Shown: positions 27,838 through 38,149, counted from the first letter of the stretch. The stretch: DNA of 64,000 nt from Planctomycetaceae bacterium (GCA_024638965.1 JAHEJI010000288.1:2995-66994), one strand, 5' to 3'. Made by a program: numbers and translations. Notes: a model not told the origin generated them from the sequence alone.

Positions 27838-30276
27838 ATGAATTGTATCGCCTCGCCGTTGTCGCATTTGTTGTTTGATCACAAGAAAGCTCGCCGCCGC
27901 ACTTCACTTCACAAAGCCGCGATGAGCTACGGTGCCCTCGAGCCTCGCCAATTGCTTGCTGGTATCACTTTCGATGCCGTAACAGGCATCGTTTCGGTTG
28001 AAGGAACAGCAGCCGCGGACACCGTCAACGTCCGAATTAACAGCAACGACGACCTGATCGTGAATTTGGTCGGGATCGACTTTCAAACATTTTCGCAGTC
28101 AAGTGTGTCGGAAATTGTTTTCACTGCTGGTCTTGGAGACGACATTTTCTTCAATTCCACGATGTTTTCAACGACGGCATTCGGTGAAGGTGGCAATGAC
28201 CAATTTTTTGGCGGATCGGGCGTCGATCGTTTTCAAGGTGGTGATGGAGAAGATCGTCTCACCGGTAACGGCGGAAACGACGGTCTCCGCGGTGATGGCG
28301 GCATTGACGTGCTGATCGGCGGCGACGGGAGCGACAACCTGTATGGTGGTGCTGGCGGCGACTCGATCTTTGGTGGAGACGGTAACGACAACATCTTTGC
28401 AGCCGAAGGCAGCGATTTTGTTAACGGCGGAGCCGGCAACGACACGATATTCGGTTTCTCCGGTTCCGACTACATCGTTGGTGGAAGTGGCAATGACGAA
28501 ATCTTCGGCCAGGATGGCAATGACATCATTCATGGTAATGAAGGCAAAGACAACATCTTCGGAAACGATGGCAACGACACGATTAATGGCGGCCAAGGCA
28601 ATGACATACTCCACGGCGGCAACGCCAACGATCTGATCAATGGTGGCGGGGGTGCTGACCAGTTGTTTGGAGATGCCGGCAACGACGCGCTCAATGGTGA
28701 CGAAAACAATGATGAGATTTTTGGTGGGCCGGGTGCAGATACAATTAGTGGCGGACTGGGATTCGACATGATCGTTGGCGGAGACGACCCCGATGTCATC
28801 AACGGCAATGGCGGTCACGATTCACTCTTTGGTAACGGCGGCAACGACACTATTTCGGGCGGCGACGGCGATGACGCGATTCGTGGGAATCTCGGCAATG
28901 ACGTCCTCTACGGTAACAACGGCAATGACTCAATTGGCGGTGACGATGGTGCTGACCGGATCGAGGGGAATTTCGGCGACGACCAACTTCGGGGCGGCAA
29001 TTCGAACGACCGGTTGTTCGGTGGCGCTGGTAATGACACCATCGTTGGCGACAACGGTGACGACTTCGCCGATGGTGGTTCGGGAGACGATTTCGTCGCG
29101 GGACTTGCCCAGAACGATCAATTGTTCGGCGGCTCTGGCAATGATATGGTTGCCGGTGACGACGGAGACGATTCAGTCTTTGGTGGCCTTGGAAACGACC
29201 AGTTGTTAGGCGGTGCCGGCAACGACACCGTCAGCGGCGATGGTGGCAATGACATCGGCTTTGGCGGCAACGGCAACGACGACATGTTTGGCGGCGACGG
29301 AAACGACATTCTGAAAGGTCAGGCTGGAAACGATACGATCCAGGGACAAAATGGATTTGATACTCTCTATGGCGGCGATGGCTCCGACGTTCTTCGTGGC
29401 GGTAACGCAGCCGACATTCTGAATGGCGGAAACAATGGCGATTACCTGTTCGGTGACGCGGGATCGGATCAACTATTCGGAAACGGTGGAGATGACAGCC
29501 TCCTGGGTGGAACGGGTGCCGCCGATGTATTACGTGGCGGCAACGGTAAAGACCGATTGCTCTCTTTCGCAAACGACACGCAGCCAGGACTTGAACGAGT
29601 CGACGCAATCATCCTTTTCCGTCACTCGACGAGCAATTGGACCAACGCTGAGATTGAAGTCATCGACGAAGCCTTTGAACGACTTCAGTTGCGAACGGAA
29701 AACACGCGACTCTTGAAAGATTCGGTTGCAACCGAACCGGTCGTATTTGTGAAAGCCAGAAGTCTTGCTTCAGCGCCTCGCATCGGTACGAACGCTCTGA
29801 TCACCGTCCGCAGCTACGAACGAAATCCGACAACTGGCCAGTATGAATTTGTCGAACGAAAAGAACGCCGAATCACCCTTTCGGAGTGGGACGAAACCAA
29901 CGCATCTGAGAACGAACTGCGTGTGTTGGAAGTTCCACGTGAATTCGCTCATAGCTGGGCCACCGCCGAAGAAATCACGGCTGTCCTGCCTGCAGAAAGT
30001 GGGCTGTTCCACTCGTTCTTGAACTTGAGCGGATGGACTCAGGAAAGGCCAGATGATTTGCGATTCTATGAAGTCTCGGGTGATAACCAATGGTGGTATC
30101 GAAATCAGTCATCCATCTTCGCCGAACCGTTTTCCACGTTCAACGCGTATGAGGACTGGGCCAGCGTTTGGCGTCTGGCATTTGATCCAGATGGTGAAGC
30201 CGAACGCAATCGCTTGTCATCGAAAATTAGCCTCGTCGACAGATTCTACGACGCGATTCAGACCAAGTTTGAATAA
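27838..30276 (+). CDS. Calcium-binding RTX-repeat protein with LEPRxLL motif and zincin-like C-terminal domain
   Basis: LEPRQLLA; dozens of GGxGxDxLx nonapeptides (~28180-29550); C-terminal REFAHSW...EDWA. Confidence 0.85.
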   Translation: MNCIASPLSHLLFDHKKARRRTSLHKAAMSYGALEPRQLLAGITFDAVTGIVSVEGTAAADTVNVRINSNDDLIVNLVGIDFQTFSQSSVSEIVFTAGLGDDIFFNSTMFSTTAFGEGGNDQFFGGSGVDRFQGGDGEDRLTGNGGNDGLRGDGGIDVLIGGDGSDNLYGGAGGDSIFGGDGNDNIFAAEGSDFVNGGAGNDTIFGFSGSDYIVGGSGNDEIFGQDGNDIIHGNEGKDNIFGNDGNDTINGGQGNDILHGGNANDLINGGGGADQLFGDAGNDALNGDENNDEIFGGPGADTISGGLGFDMIVGGDDPDVINGNGGHDSLFGNGGNDTISGGDGDDAIRGNLGNDVLYGNNGNDSIGGDDGADRIEGNFGDDQLRGGNSNDRLFGGAGNDTIVGDNGDDFADGGSGDDFVAGLAQNDQLFGGSGNDMVAGDDGDDSVFGGLGNDQLLGGAGNDTVSGDGGNDIGFGGNGNDDMFGGDGNDILKGQAGNDTIQGQNGFDTLYGGDGSDVLRGGNAADILNGGNNGDYLFGDAGSDQLFGNGGDDSLLGGTGAADVLRGGNGKDRLLSFANDTQPGLERVDAIILFRHSTSNWTNAEIEVIDEAFERLQLRTENTRLLKDSVATEPVVFVKARSLASAPRIGTNALITVRSYERNPTTGQYEFVERKERRITLSEWDETNASENELRVLEVPREFAHSWATAEEITAVLPAESGLFHSFLNLSGWTQERPDDLRFYEVSGDNQWWYRNQSSIFAEPFSTFNAYEDWASVWRLAFDPDGEAERNRLSSKISLVDRFYDAIQTKFE

Positions 30277-30291
30277 TGGAATGACCGAAAC

Positions 30292-30323
30292 AAAAACCGC
30301 GACAACAACTTCGCGGTTTTTTT
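30292..30323. terminator. Bidirectional intrinsic terminator between convergent genes
   Basis: aaaaaccgcga-caacaact-tcgcggttttttt. Confidence 0.7.
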
Positions 30324-30350
30324 GGGGGGGAGCTGATGGTACTTCCACGT

Positions 30351-30423
30351 CGTTTAACCGCGTGGGCGACGCCCCGCGCTTTTGGAACGGCAAAACGCGG
30401 CCCGTTGGGCACGCGGTTAAACG
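30351..30423. repeat. Intact REP-like element with 14-bp terminal inverted arms
   Basis: cgtttaaccgcgtg...cacgcggttaaacg. Confidence 0.75.
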
Positions 30424-30474
30424 AAGGGCTACCAACGACGCCTTGGTCCAGACTTCAGTCAATAACGATTGCTC

Positions 30475-32070
30475 TCAGGATTTGATTGGCAAACGCACTT
30501 CGTTTTCCTTTTCGTCGCGACAGTCGACTTCCAGATGCTCTGGAAAGACGGTTTCGCTTCCGAGAATTCGAATATCGAGTTTCCCCTCGCCTTCGAGCTC
30601 GCTCAGTTCACGCCGCTTTTGATTATTGAGGAAGGAGGCGACTTTCTCGTTGACGCGTACCGTCACGCTTTTGCATCGCGGCTGTTGCGATGCCAGGAGC
30701 AGCATGCGAATGACGTCCAAGGCCATGCTTTCTTCGGTTTTGACCATGCCGCGACCAACGCAGCAAGGACATTCTTGGTAGAGGCTTCTTTTCAGCCCCG
30801 GTTTGATTCGCTGACGTGTCATCTCGATCAAACCGAAAGGACTGATCCGAAGAATCTTCGTGCGTGCTCGATCGCGTTTCATCGAATCCCGCAAAGCCCG
30901 TTCCAGTCCACGGCGGTTCTTTTCGCGACGCATATCGATAAAGTCGTTGACAATAACGCCTCCCAAGTCTCGCAATCTCAATTGTCGGGAGATTTCACGG
31001 GCGGCCGCCAGGTTCAAGCGATACGCCGCTTCTTCAGCAGATTCGTCGATACGATAGCTTCCGCTGTTGACGTCGATCGCGACCAAAGCCTCCGTTTGAT
31101 CGATCACAATCGAACCGCCTTCGGGAAGTGGAACTTCGCGACAGTGGATGCTCGCAATTTCCTGTTCCAGTTTGTAGTGATGAAACAGAGGATCTTTACC
31201 GCGATAAAGCTGCAGCTTGCCGACTTGACGTGGCATCACCAGCTTGAGGAATTCTTTGGCTCTTTTGAATGACGATTCCTGATCAATCAGGATCGAATCG
31301 ATATCTGCCGTTACGATGTCCCGAATCGTGCGGATGATCATGTCGCTTTCTTCGTAGATATCGACGGGAGCCGCCTGCTTTTGGACTCGCCTGACGATAA
31401 CTTTCCACAACCTCAAGAGGTATGCGAGGTCGCGCGAGAGTTCGCGGCGAGAGCGACCTGCGCCGGCGGTGCGAACGATGAAACCAAGCCCTTTTGGCGG
31501 TTTGAGTTCGTAGAGGATATCCTTGAGACGACGCCGTTCGTCTTCATCCTCGATCTTCCGTGACACGCCGACTCGACCGAGAGCCGGCATCAAAACCAGA
31601 AACCGGCCGGGGATACTGATGTAGGTCGAAAGGGTCGGGCCCTTGTTACCAATCCCTTCCTTGATCACCTGCACGAGCACTTCATCGCCGCGGTGAAAGA
31701 TCTCCTGGATCGGCGGTTTGACACGAGGCCGAAACCCCCCATGAGAGGATTGGCGGCGGCGTCCGTTGTTGTCGTTCTGAGCCGCTTTTTCTTCGGCGCG
31801 CCGCATCTCATCGGGATCATAACCGCCCTGTTTGAAGTACCGCGGCTCGACATCACTGATATGCAGGAATCCGTTGCGTCCGACGCCAAAGTCGACAAAG
31901 ACCGCCTGGATGCTGGGCTCGAGATTTACGACTTTGCCTTTGTAAATATTGCCGACGTAATTGTCCTGGCTGGCACGTTCAACGTAAAGTTCCTCCAGCC
32001 TTCCGCTTTCTACGATTGCAATCCGACATTCCTCGTCCTGCGATGCGTTGATTAACATTTCTTTTTTCAT
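30475..32070 (-). CDS. rne: Ribonuclease E/G family protein
   Basis: GNIYKGKVVNLEPSIQAVFVDFG (S1), AIDVNSG, QLRLRDLGGVIVNDFIDM, CPCCVGRG zinc link. Confidence 0.95.
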   Translation of the reverse strand: MKKEMLINASQDEECRIAIVESGRLEELYVERASQDNYVGNIYKGKVVNLEPSIQAVFVDFGVGRNGFLHISDVEPRYFKQGGYDPDEMRRAEEKAAQNDNNGRRRQSSHGGFRPRVKPPIQEIFHRGDEVLVQVIKEGIGNKGPTLSTYISIPGRFLVLMPALGRVGVSRKIEDEDERRRLKDILYELKPPKGLGFIVRTAGAGRSRRELSRDLAYLLRLWKVIVRRVQKQAAPVDIYEESDMIIRTIRDIVTADIDSILIDQESSFKRAKEFLKLVMPRQVGKLQLYRGKDPLFHHYKLEQEIASIHCREVPLPEGGSIVIDQTEALVAIDVNSGSYRIDESAEEAAYRLNLAAAREISRQLRLRDLGGVIVNDFIDMRREKNRRGLERALRDSMKRDRARTKILRISPFGLIEMTRQRIKPGLKRSLYQECPCCVGRGMVKTEESMALDVIRMLLLASQQPRCKSVTVRVNEKVASFLNNQKRRELSELEGEGKLDIRILGSETVFPEHLEVDCRDEKENEVRLPIKS

Positions 32071-32539
32071 AATGGTTTATTCTCGTTTCGCGAATCCAGT
32101 TGCAGCAGGATTCGCTGTGTTCTTTTAAGTTGTATTGAAAAGACTCAACTGTGTGCGTTTCATTCAAGAGCGATATTTGAACTTCGCTTTCGTGAAACAC
32201 AGTGAGTCGGCAGCCCAAAGATCGCTCGATATTTTTGCTTGCGACCTGAGCGGCTACGAACAATGGATTGCAATCAGCTGATTTGTCATTGCTTGGACGG
32301 CGAGTGACTGAAGGCAAACGGTCGGATTCGTTCAGTCGGCGGTCATTCAGCGCAACCGCAAACCCCACGGGGCGTGTCCGGTAAACAACCCCGGTCTGCC
32401 GGGGGCTGCCATTTGACTGCCGTCTCAAATTGTCAGAACAATCTTTCACAATGTTTGCTCGGTTGTCTGGATATTGACAAATCAGCAAACTCGGCATCAT
32501 CCGATCATGGCTATCTCTCCGCACGAACCTGTGCGTGAA

Positions 32540-32845
32540 TTAGCCTGCACTCGCGTCACCTGTTTCGGCTCTCGCTGGAAAGCCTGAAATGAGCAGTTCG
32601 CCCAGGGCTTTGACAGCGTCTTTGGCATCGGGCCCGGTCGCTTCGACCAAAACCTCAGCGCCTTGTGCTGCACCCAGCGTCAAAATTGACAAAACACTTT
32701 TGCCATCGATTCGAATGCCATCTTTAATCACCTCAATCTTGCTGTCAAACTTCGAGGCAGTTTCCGCAAACAGATACGCGGGGCGCATGTGAAGGCCCTG
32801 CGGATTACTAATGGTAACGGTTGTCGAAAGCGTTGATTCAGACAT
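32540..32845 (-). CDS. ptsH: HPr phosphocarrier protein
   Basis: GLHMRPA (His15) and DGKSVLSI (Ser46). Confidence 0.93.
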   Translation of the reverse strand: MSESTLSTTVTISNPQGLHMRPAYLFAETASKFDSKIEVIKDGIRIDGKSVLSILTLGAAQGAEVLVEATGPDAKDAVKALGELLISGFPARAETGDASAG

Positions 32846-32887
32846 AGATCGAGTTTGGTGACCGGACAATGTACCGAGTTACTTATC

Positions 32888-33364
32888 TTAGGAAACGAAC
32901 TGGTTGTTATCTGCTTCTTCCAGGATTTGCTGAATATCGGCAGGCGTTTTCGACTGTTTCAGAAAACGACAGAACGTTTCATCCTGCAATTGTTTGGAAA
33001 TATTCTCCAACGCTCGCAGGTGGTCACTCGGACGGTCCGGCGGAGAGATCAACATAAAAAACAGTTGAACTGGTTCTCCATCGAGACTTTGAAATTCGAT
33101 ACCATTGGTGCTAATACCCACGGTACCAATCGGCTGTTCCACACATGGATGCTTGGTATGTGGAACTGCAATTCCACGACCAATTCCAGTGCTTCCCAAT
33201 TCTTCTCGTTTCAGAATTGCTTCGGCAATGGCCTCTTTGTTTTCGGCCGAAAGTTGCCCTGCTGCAATCAGGCTTTCAATCAACTCGCGAATCACTCCTT
33301 CTTTGTCGTTCGCGTTCAATTCAGCCCGGATTGACTCCGTTTTAACGAAATCGGAAAACTTCAT
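32888..33364 (-). CDS. ptsN: PTS IIA component (Ntr/Fru type)
   Basis: REELGSTGIGRGIAVPH, FQSLDGEPV. Confidence 0.9.
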   Translation of the reverse strand: MKFSDFVKTESIRAELNANDKEGVIRELIESLIAAGQLSAENKEAIAEAILKREELGSTGIGRGIAVPHTKHPCVEQPIGTVGISTNGIEFQSLDGEPVQLFFMLISPPDRPSDHLRALENISKQLQDETFCRFLKQSKTPADIQQILEEADNNQFVS

Positions 33365-33419
33365 AAACTATTCCTCATTGGTAGATGCCGAAGACATCGC
33401 TTCCCCATCAGCCGCACGT

Positions 33420-33764
33420 TTACTCTTGCGGCGGCTCGATTGGCGTGCGATCCCGGCCTCGGTGTTCTGTAAGTTTGGTTTTGTGTTTTTTCAGTTGTCG
33501 TTCAATTTTGTCGATAACGCGATCGAGGGCAGCAATCACGTTGGTTCCTTTATCTGAAGCATAAAAATCACTGGTCTCCTCGGCGGAAACGATGACTTCG
33601 ACTTTTGGTTTTGTCGAATGTTGAAGATCGGCAACGATTTTGATTCCCGTCGTTCGAACAAAGAAACGGGGAAGCTTGCTTACTTTCTGCTTCATCGTCT
33701 CTTGAATGGCCGAACTCAATTCACCGTTCTTCGCGACGATTTTGATTTCCACCGGTGCCCCCAT
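33420..33764 (-). CDS. hpf: Ribosome hibernation promoting factor (HPF/RaiA)
   Basis: KVSKLPRFF...AALDRVIDKIERQLKKHKTK; hpf-ptsN-ptsH synteny. Confidence 0.88.
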   Translation of the reverse strand: MGAPVEIKIVAKNGELSSAIQETMKQKVSKLPRFFVRTTGIKIVADLQHSTKPKVEVIVSAEETSDFYASDKGTNVIAALDRVIDKIERQLKKHKTKLTEHRGRDRTPIEPPQE

Positions 33765-34083
33765 TTACCCAGATTGGCGGATTAATTGATTGCATGAATA
33801 AGATGCACTATTTCATTAACTTTATTCTAGTGCGGACCATTTAACTCGACAAATCCAAATCAGATCCGCTTTTACCGGAGAAAACCAAGTCCCAAGGGAC
33901 GATTCGCGTCTTTTCCGATTCGTTTGAGCAATCTACATGAAACCACGAGTTGCCGGAACAACGTTTCTCCAAAAACTGGGCATAATGTAGTCAAAATCGT
34001 CCTTTAACCTGACCACTGAACCGCTAACGTCCCACAGACAATATCGGTCGTGCAGTCAGTCGTCTCGGGTGAAACTGTTTTCG

Positions 34084-37000
34084 TTACGGTGATTGTGAAA
34101 AAACGGCCGGTATTTCGGCCTGTTGAACCGCATTGTTCAATTCTGTCAGTCTCTCTCCCAACAACGACGATAACTCGGCCAAGTGGCCATCAATTTCACC
34201 CATCAGCATGTCTTTCACTTCGATCGCCTGCTTGGTCGGAGCGTTATCGCCCGCGCTGGCCACGCTGACTAATCCGCTCAGTCGATTATTCAGCTGAATA
34301 GGGAAGTTTAAAGGATCCTGCCCACTCTGGTTTTTCGTCTGGTAAAGTTTGTTCTCGACTCTCGTTAAGTCGGCAACCAGCTGTTCAGATTTTTCCAGAA
34401 TCTCTTTGTAAGGACCGTCTGCTTGTTCGTCTGCCGATTTCTGTTTCTTGGCGGCAGCCTTCAGACGTTTTTGCAAATTCTGCAATTGCGATCGCACGTC
34501 GCGAAGCCGTTTGATCGATGCATGAGTTTCGGAAAGTTTGTCACGTACTTCCATCAGGAAATCGAATTGAGCCTGCAAGTCTTCGATTGAAGCCGACGCG
34601 CGCGGATCTTTGCTGATCTCAAAGTTGACTTCCTGCGATTCCTCTCCGATGGTCAAAACGGCTTTGAAGGTCCCCGGCACCGCTTGTGGTCCTTGCGTGC
34701 CGCCTCCCCAAAGGATCATCTTTTCGAACGTATCGGCTTGGGGGTAACGCATGTTCCAGTTCACAATGTTGACGCCTTTTTTCAATTTGAGCCCGGCTTC
34801 ATTCTTCTCTTTATCCGGTTTTGTGCTGAAGGTGGTCGCAATTCGGTCGGTCGAATCGAAAACCTGCAGGGTCACTTTGATTTTGTCATCGAGTTTTTCC
34901 TTGAGGTAAAAACGAAGCGGGACACCGCCAGCAATATTTTGACCGGCTCGTGAACTTGGGCGACCACCGCCGCGCATGCGAACAACCGGCCTGCCTTCCA
35001 GCAACTTGAATGACTGATCCGCAAGCTCGGAAGTCCATTGCTGGAGCGGGCTCAAGTCATCGAGCATCCAAAAGGATCGCCCCTGTGTCGCTACAATCAG
35101 ATCGTTATTCTTCAAGGCCAGATCAGTGATGGGCACGATCGGCAAATTACATTGAAAAGATTTCCAGTTCTTGCCGTCATCCATCGAGACATAGAGACCC
35201 GACTCGGTTCCCGCGAACAGCAGGCCTAGTCGTTTGGCGTCGGCTCGAATCACTCGAGTAAAATGCTTGCGATCAATGCCGTCGACTATTTTTGTCCAGG
35301 TCTTTCCGTAATCGAGCGTCTTGTACAGGTAAGGGCGAAAGTCATCGAGCTTGTAGCGAGTCGCGGCGATGTAAAGACCACCGGCTTCCGTTGGATGCGG
35401 TTCGATACTGTTGATCTGAGACCATTCGGGAAGTTCGGGTGGCGTCACATTTTCCCAGTTCTCGCCCCCGTCGCGAGTGAGATGAAGTCGTCCGTCATCG
35501 GACCCCGCCCAAATAACATCCTTCTCAAGAAGCGATTCACAGGCCGAAAAAATCGTACAGTAGTATTCAACGCCCGTGTTGTCTTGCGTAATCGGCCCGC
35601 CCGAAGAGCCGAGCTTCGACGGATCATTGCGAGTCAAATCTGGACTGATCGCCGTCCAGCTCGCACCTTCGTCAGTCGTCTTGAAGAGCACGTTCCCGGC
35701 GGTGTAGAGCGTTTGGGGATCGTGCACAGAAAAGAAAATCGGGAAGTTCCATTGAAAGCGGTATTTGCCATCGCCGGCTCCGTGGCCCATCGGATTGTCG
35801 GGCCACACGTTGATCGCACGAAACTCGCCAGTGCGGTGATTGATACGAGTCAAAAACCCGCCATAAGAACCCCCATAGACAACATCCGGATCCGTCGGAT
35901 CCGGTGCGATATGACCGCTCTCACCACCCGCAGTTGGCTCCCAGTCGCGTTCTCCGATACTGCCTCGAGACGAACGATGACTGATTCGAACGGTCGAATT
36001 ATCCTGTTGAGCCCCGTAAATTCGGTACGGAAAATGGTTGTCCGTCGTCACTCGATAAAACTGAGCCGTTGGCTGGTTTTCGTAAGTCGACCAGTTGCCA
36101 CCCTGGTTGAACGAAACCTGAACCCCACCATCATCGGCAATCGCCATTCGATTCGGATCATCAGGATCGATCCACAAGTCATGATGGTCGCCGTGAGGAG
36201 TTCTGATCGAGCTGAACGTTTTTCCGCCGTCACCACTTCGCCAAAACTGCACGTTCAAGACGTAAACTTCGTCGATGTTTTTGGGACCGGCATAGACTCG
36301 CGTGTAGTACCAGGCTCGTTGGCGTAGCTTTCTTTCTTCATTGATTTTAGTCCAGGTTTCTCCCGCATCGTCGCTGCGAAACAGCCCGCCGTCTTCGGCT
36401 TCAAATTGAGCCCAGACTCGGTTCGAATCAACAGGCGAAACACAAACACCAATAATGCCGACGGTTCCTTTTGGCAAACCCGCATACCGCGTAATTTCTT
36501 TCCATGTCTCGCCACTGTCAACGCTTTTCCACAGCCCTGATCCTTCGCCGCCACTATTCAAGCTGTAAGGGGTACGCGAAATCTTCCAGGTCGATGCGTA
36601 CAACACACGAGGGTTACCGGGATCGATCACCAGATCAACAGCACCCGCATCTTCACTGGCGAATAAAACCTTCTTCCAATTCTCGCCGCCATCGGTACTC
36701 TTAAAGACGCCTCGTTCCTGGTTGGGGCCATGTAAGTGACCCAGTGCAGCAACGTAAACCGTATCGGGGTCGCTCGGGTGAATTCTGATCCTCGGAATTC
36801 GCCGCGAGTCCTTCAAGCCGATCTGCTTCCAGGTCTTTCCCGCATCGTAGGACTTCCACATCCCGTATCCGTGGGAAACGTTTCCACGAACGGTAACTTC
36901 GCCGCCTCCGACGTAAATGATGTTGGGGTCCGAAGGAGCAACTGCAACGGCTCCGATTGAACCGCCAAAAAAACCATCGGAAATATTATTCCAGGTCGAA

Positions 37001-37257
37001 CCGGCATCTTCCGTTCTCCAGACGCCACCGCCCGCCGCGCCCATGTAGTACAGCATCGGTTTTCCACGGACTCCACTTACCGCTGCCGATCTTCCGCCGC
37101 GGAACGGTCCAATCGACCGAAACTTTAACGAGTCGAAAAGAATCTTGTCGACATCCTCAGCCGCTTCCTGAGCGAAAGAAAATTGCGGTACAACTCCGAC
37201 TGCCAAAATCCCAAAAGAAAGAGCCAAAAAGAGAAATTTGTTTTTCATTGCCATCAT
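34084..37257 (-). CDS. Secreted VPS10/BNR-repeat glycosyl hydrolase-like protein
   Basis: FRSIGPFRGGRS, repeated S/T-x-D-x-G-x-T-W BNR motifs, HGDHHDLWIDP, RFQWNFPI; signal peptide. Confidence 0.88.
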   Translation of the reverse strand: MMAMKNKFLFLALSFGILAVGVVPQFSFAQEAAEDVDKILFDSLKFRSIGPFRGGRSAAVSGVRGKPMLYYMGAAGGGVWRTEDAGSTWNNISDGFFGGSIGAVAVAPSDPNIIYVGGGEVTVRGNVSHGYGMWKSYDAGKTWKQIGLKDSRRIPRIRIHPSDPDTVYVAALGHLHGPNQERGVFKSTDGGENWKKVLFASEDAGAVDLVIDPGNPRVLYASTWKISRTPYSLNSGGEGSGLWKSVDSGETWKEITRYAGLPKGTVGIIGVCVSPVDSNRVWAQFEAEDGGLFRSDDAGETWTKINEERKLRQRAWYYTRVYAGPKNIDEVYVLNVQFWRSGDGGKTFSSIRTPHGDHHDLWIDPDDPNRMAIADDGGVQVSFNQGGNWSTYENQPTAQFYRVTTDNHFPYRIYGAQQDNSTVRISHRSSRGSIGERDWEPTAGGESGHIAPDPTDPDVVYGGSYGGFLTRINHRTGEFRAINVWPDNPMGHGAGDGKYRFQWNFPIFFSVHDPQTLYTAGNVLFKTTDEGASWTAISPDLTRNDPSKLGSSGGPITQDNTGVEYYCTIFSACESLLEKDVIWAGSDDGRLHLTRDGGENWENVTPPELPEWSQINSIEPHPTEAGGLYIAATRYKLDDFRPYLYKTLDYGKTWTKIVDGIDRKHFTRVIRADAKRLGLLFAGTESGLYVSMDDGKNWKSFQCNLPIVPITDLALKNNDLIVATQGRSFWMLDDLSPLQQWTSELADQSFKLLEGRPVVRMRGGGRPSSRAGQNIAGGVPLRFYLKEKLDDKIKVTLQVFDSTDRIATTFSTKPDKEKNEAGLKLKKGVNIVNWNMRYPQADTFEKMILWGGGTQGPQAVPGTFKAVLTIGEESQEVNFEISKDPRASASIEDLQAQFDFLMEVRDKLSETHASIKRLRDVRSQLQNLQKRLKAAAKKQKSADEQADGPYKEILEKSEQLVADLTRVENKLYQTKNQSGQDPLNFPIQLNNRLSGLVSVASAGDNAPTKQAIEVKDMLMGEIDGHLAELSSLLGERLTELNNAVQQAEIPAVFSQSP

Positions 37258-37460
37258 GCCGTCAATCAAAGATGAATGTGTAAGGTTAATGGGTAGCCGG
37301 AATTGCACTAAGTTTTCCAGAACCATCTATTCTAATCGAGCAAAGTGGCGATGACATCGCGCCGCTGTGTTAGAATTCGGAAGTTATTCAGGTTTCACGA
37401 TTGCGTGGCATGATTCGGCGAGCCCCGCAACACCTTCGCGGTTACATGTCGGTGATGGCT

Positions 37461-37530
37461 GGGAGGCAAAGTTCCTGCTGAGCCTGATCATGGATCGTTC
37501 TTCACGGCTCGGTGGGAGGCCCGCCCTGCA
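37461..37530. repeat. REP-like doublet overlapping the folA 3' end
   Basis: gggaggcaaagttcctgctgagcc...ggctcggtgggaggcccgccct, degenerate inverted copies of the 5861 unit. Confidence 0.55.
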
Positions 37531-38026
37531 GAATCATGGAAATTCGCCGATAATCTTCGAAAGAACAATCCAACTCGGAACCGGTACTTTTCAGATGCTC
37601 TTGCGAATTAACTAACTCCCACTCGTCCCAATCGATCTCAGGCAAGTAGGTATCACCCGATATTTCTATTTGAATCCGAGTCAAATACAGGTCCGTTATC
37701 TGGGGCAACGCCCTTTCATAAATCTGAGCTCCACCGGTAATGAATGGGCAATCATCGTCCTTCGCAATTTGAATTGCCTTCTCGACCGAGTTTGCGATGC
37801 GAGCACCAACGACATTAAACGAAGGTTGGCGGGTCACAATCACGCTTGTTCGACCAGGTAATAATCTGCCGATCGATTCATAAGTTTTTCTACCCATGAT
37901 GATGTGATGGCCCATCGTCAGCTTTTTGAACCGCCTGAGGTCGGCTGGTAGGTGCCACGGCATGCCGCCCTCGGCGCCAATGACATCATTGGAGGACGCC
38001 GCCACGATCATCGCTAGTCTTCTCAT
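37502..38026 (-). CDS. folA: Dihydrofolate reductase
   Basis: VIG..GGMPWHLPADLRRFK, IMGRKTYESI, LPGR, GGAQIY, GDTYLP. Confidence 0.97.
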   Translation of the reverse strand: MRRLAMIVAASSNDVIGAEGGMPWHLPADLRRFKKLTMGHHIIMGRKTYESIGRLLPGRTSVIVTRQPSFNVVGARIANSVEKAIQIAKDDDCPFITGGAQIYERALPQITDLYLTRIQIEISGDTYLPEIDWDEWELVNSQEHLKSTGSELDCSFEDYRRISMILQGGPPTEP

Positions 38027-38050
38027 AGGTCAGTCATTTTGACGTTGTGT

Positions 38051-38133
38051 TAATCCTAATCGTAATCCTAGTCGTAGTCGAAGTCGTTGTCAGTTAACGC
38101 ATGACGAGGACTAAGATTACGATTAAGACTACG
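38051..38133. repeat. Inverted array of degenerate hexamers between thyA and folA
   Basis: taatcc taatcg taatcc tagtcg tagtcg...gactaa gattac gattaa gactac ga. Confidence 0.65.
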
Positions 38134-38149
38134 ATTTTTTGATAAGGGA

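Noticed and set aside
28180-29550. CRISPR array or DNA tandem repeat
   Set aside because: The periodicity is in-frame RTX nonapeptide coding with synonymous variation; no identical repeats with unique spacers and no cas genes.
32310-32420. c-di-GMP-I riboswitch (ggcaaac seed)
   Set aside because: On the wrong strand for rne and lacking the rest of the GEMM consensus.
35263-36327. Long antisense ORFs (also 19711-20403, 25947-26804, 30469-31272, 61148-61960)
   Set aside because: Shadow frames opposite well-supported genes, with no recognisable motifs.
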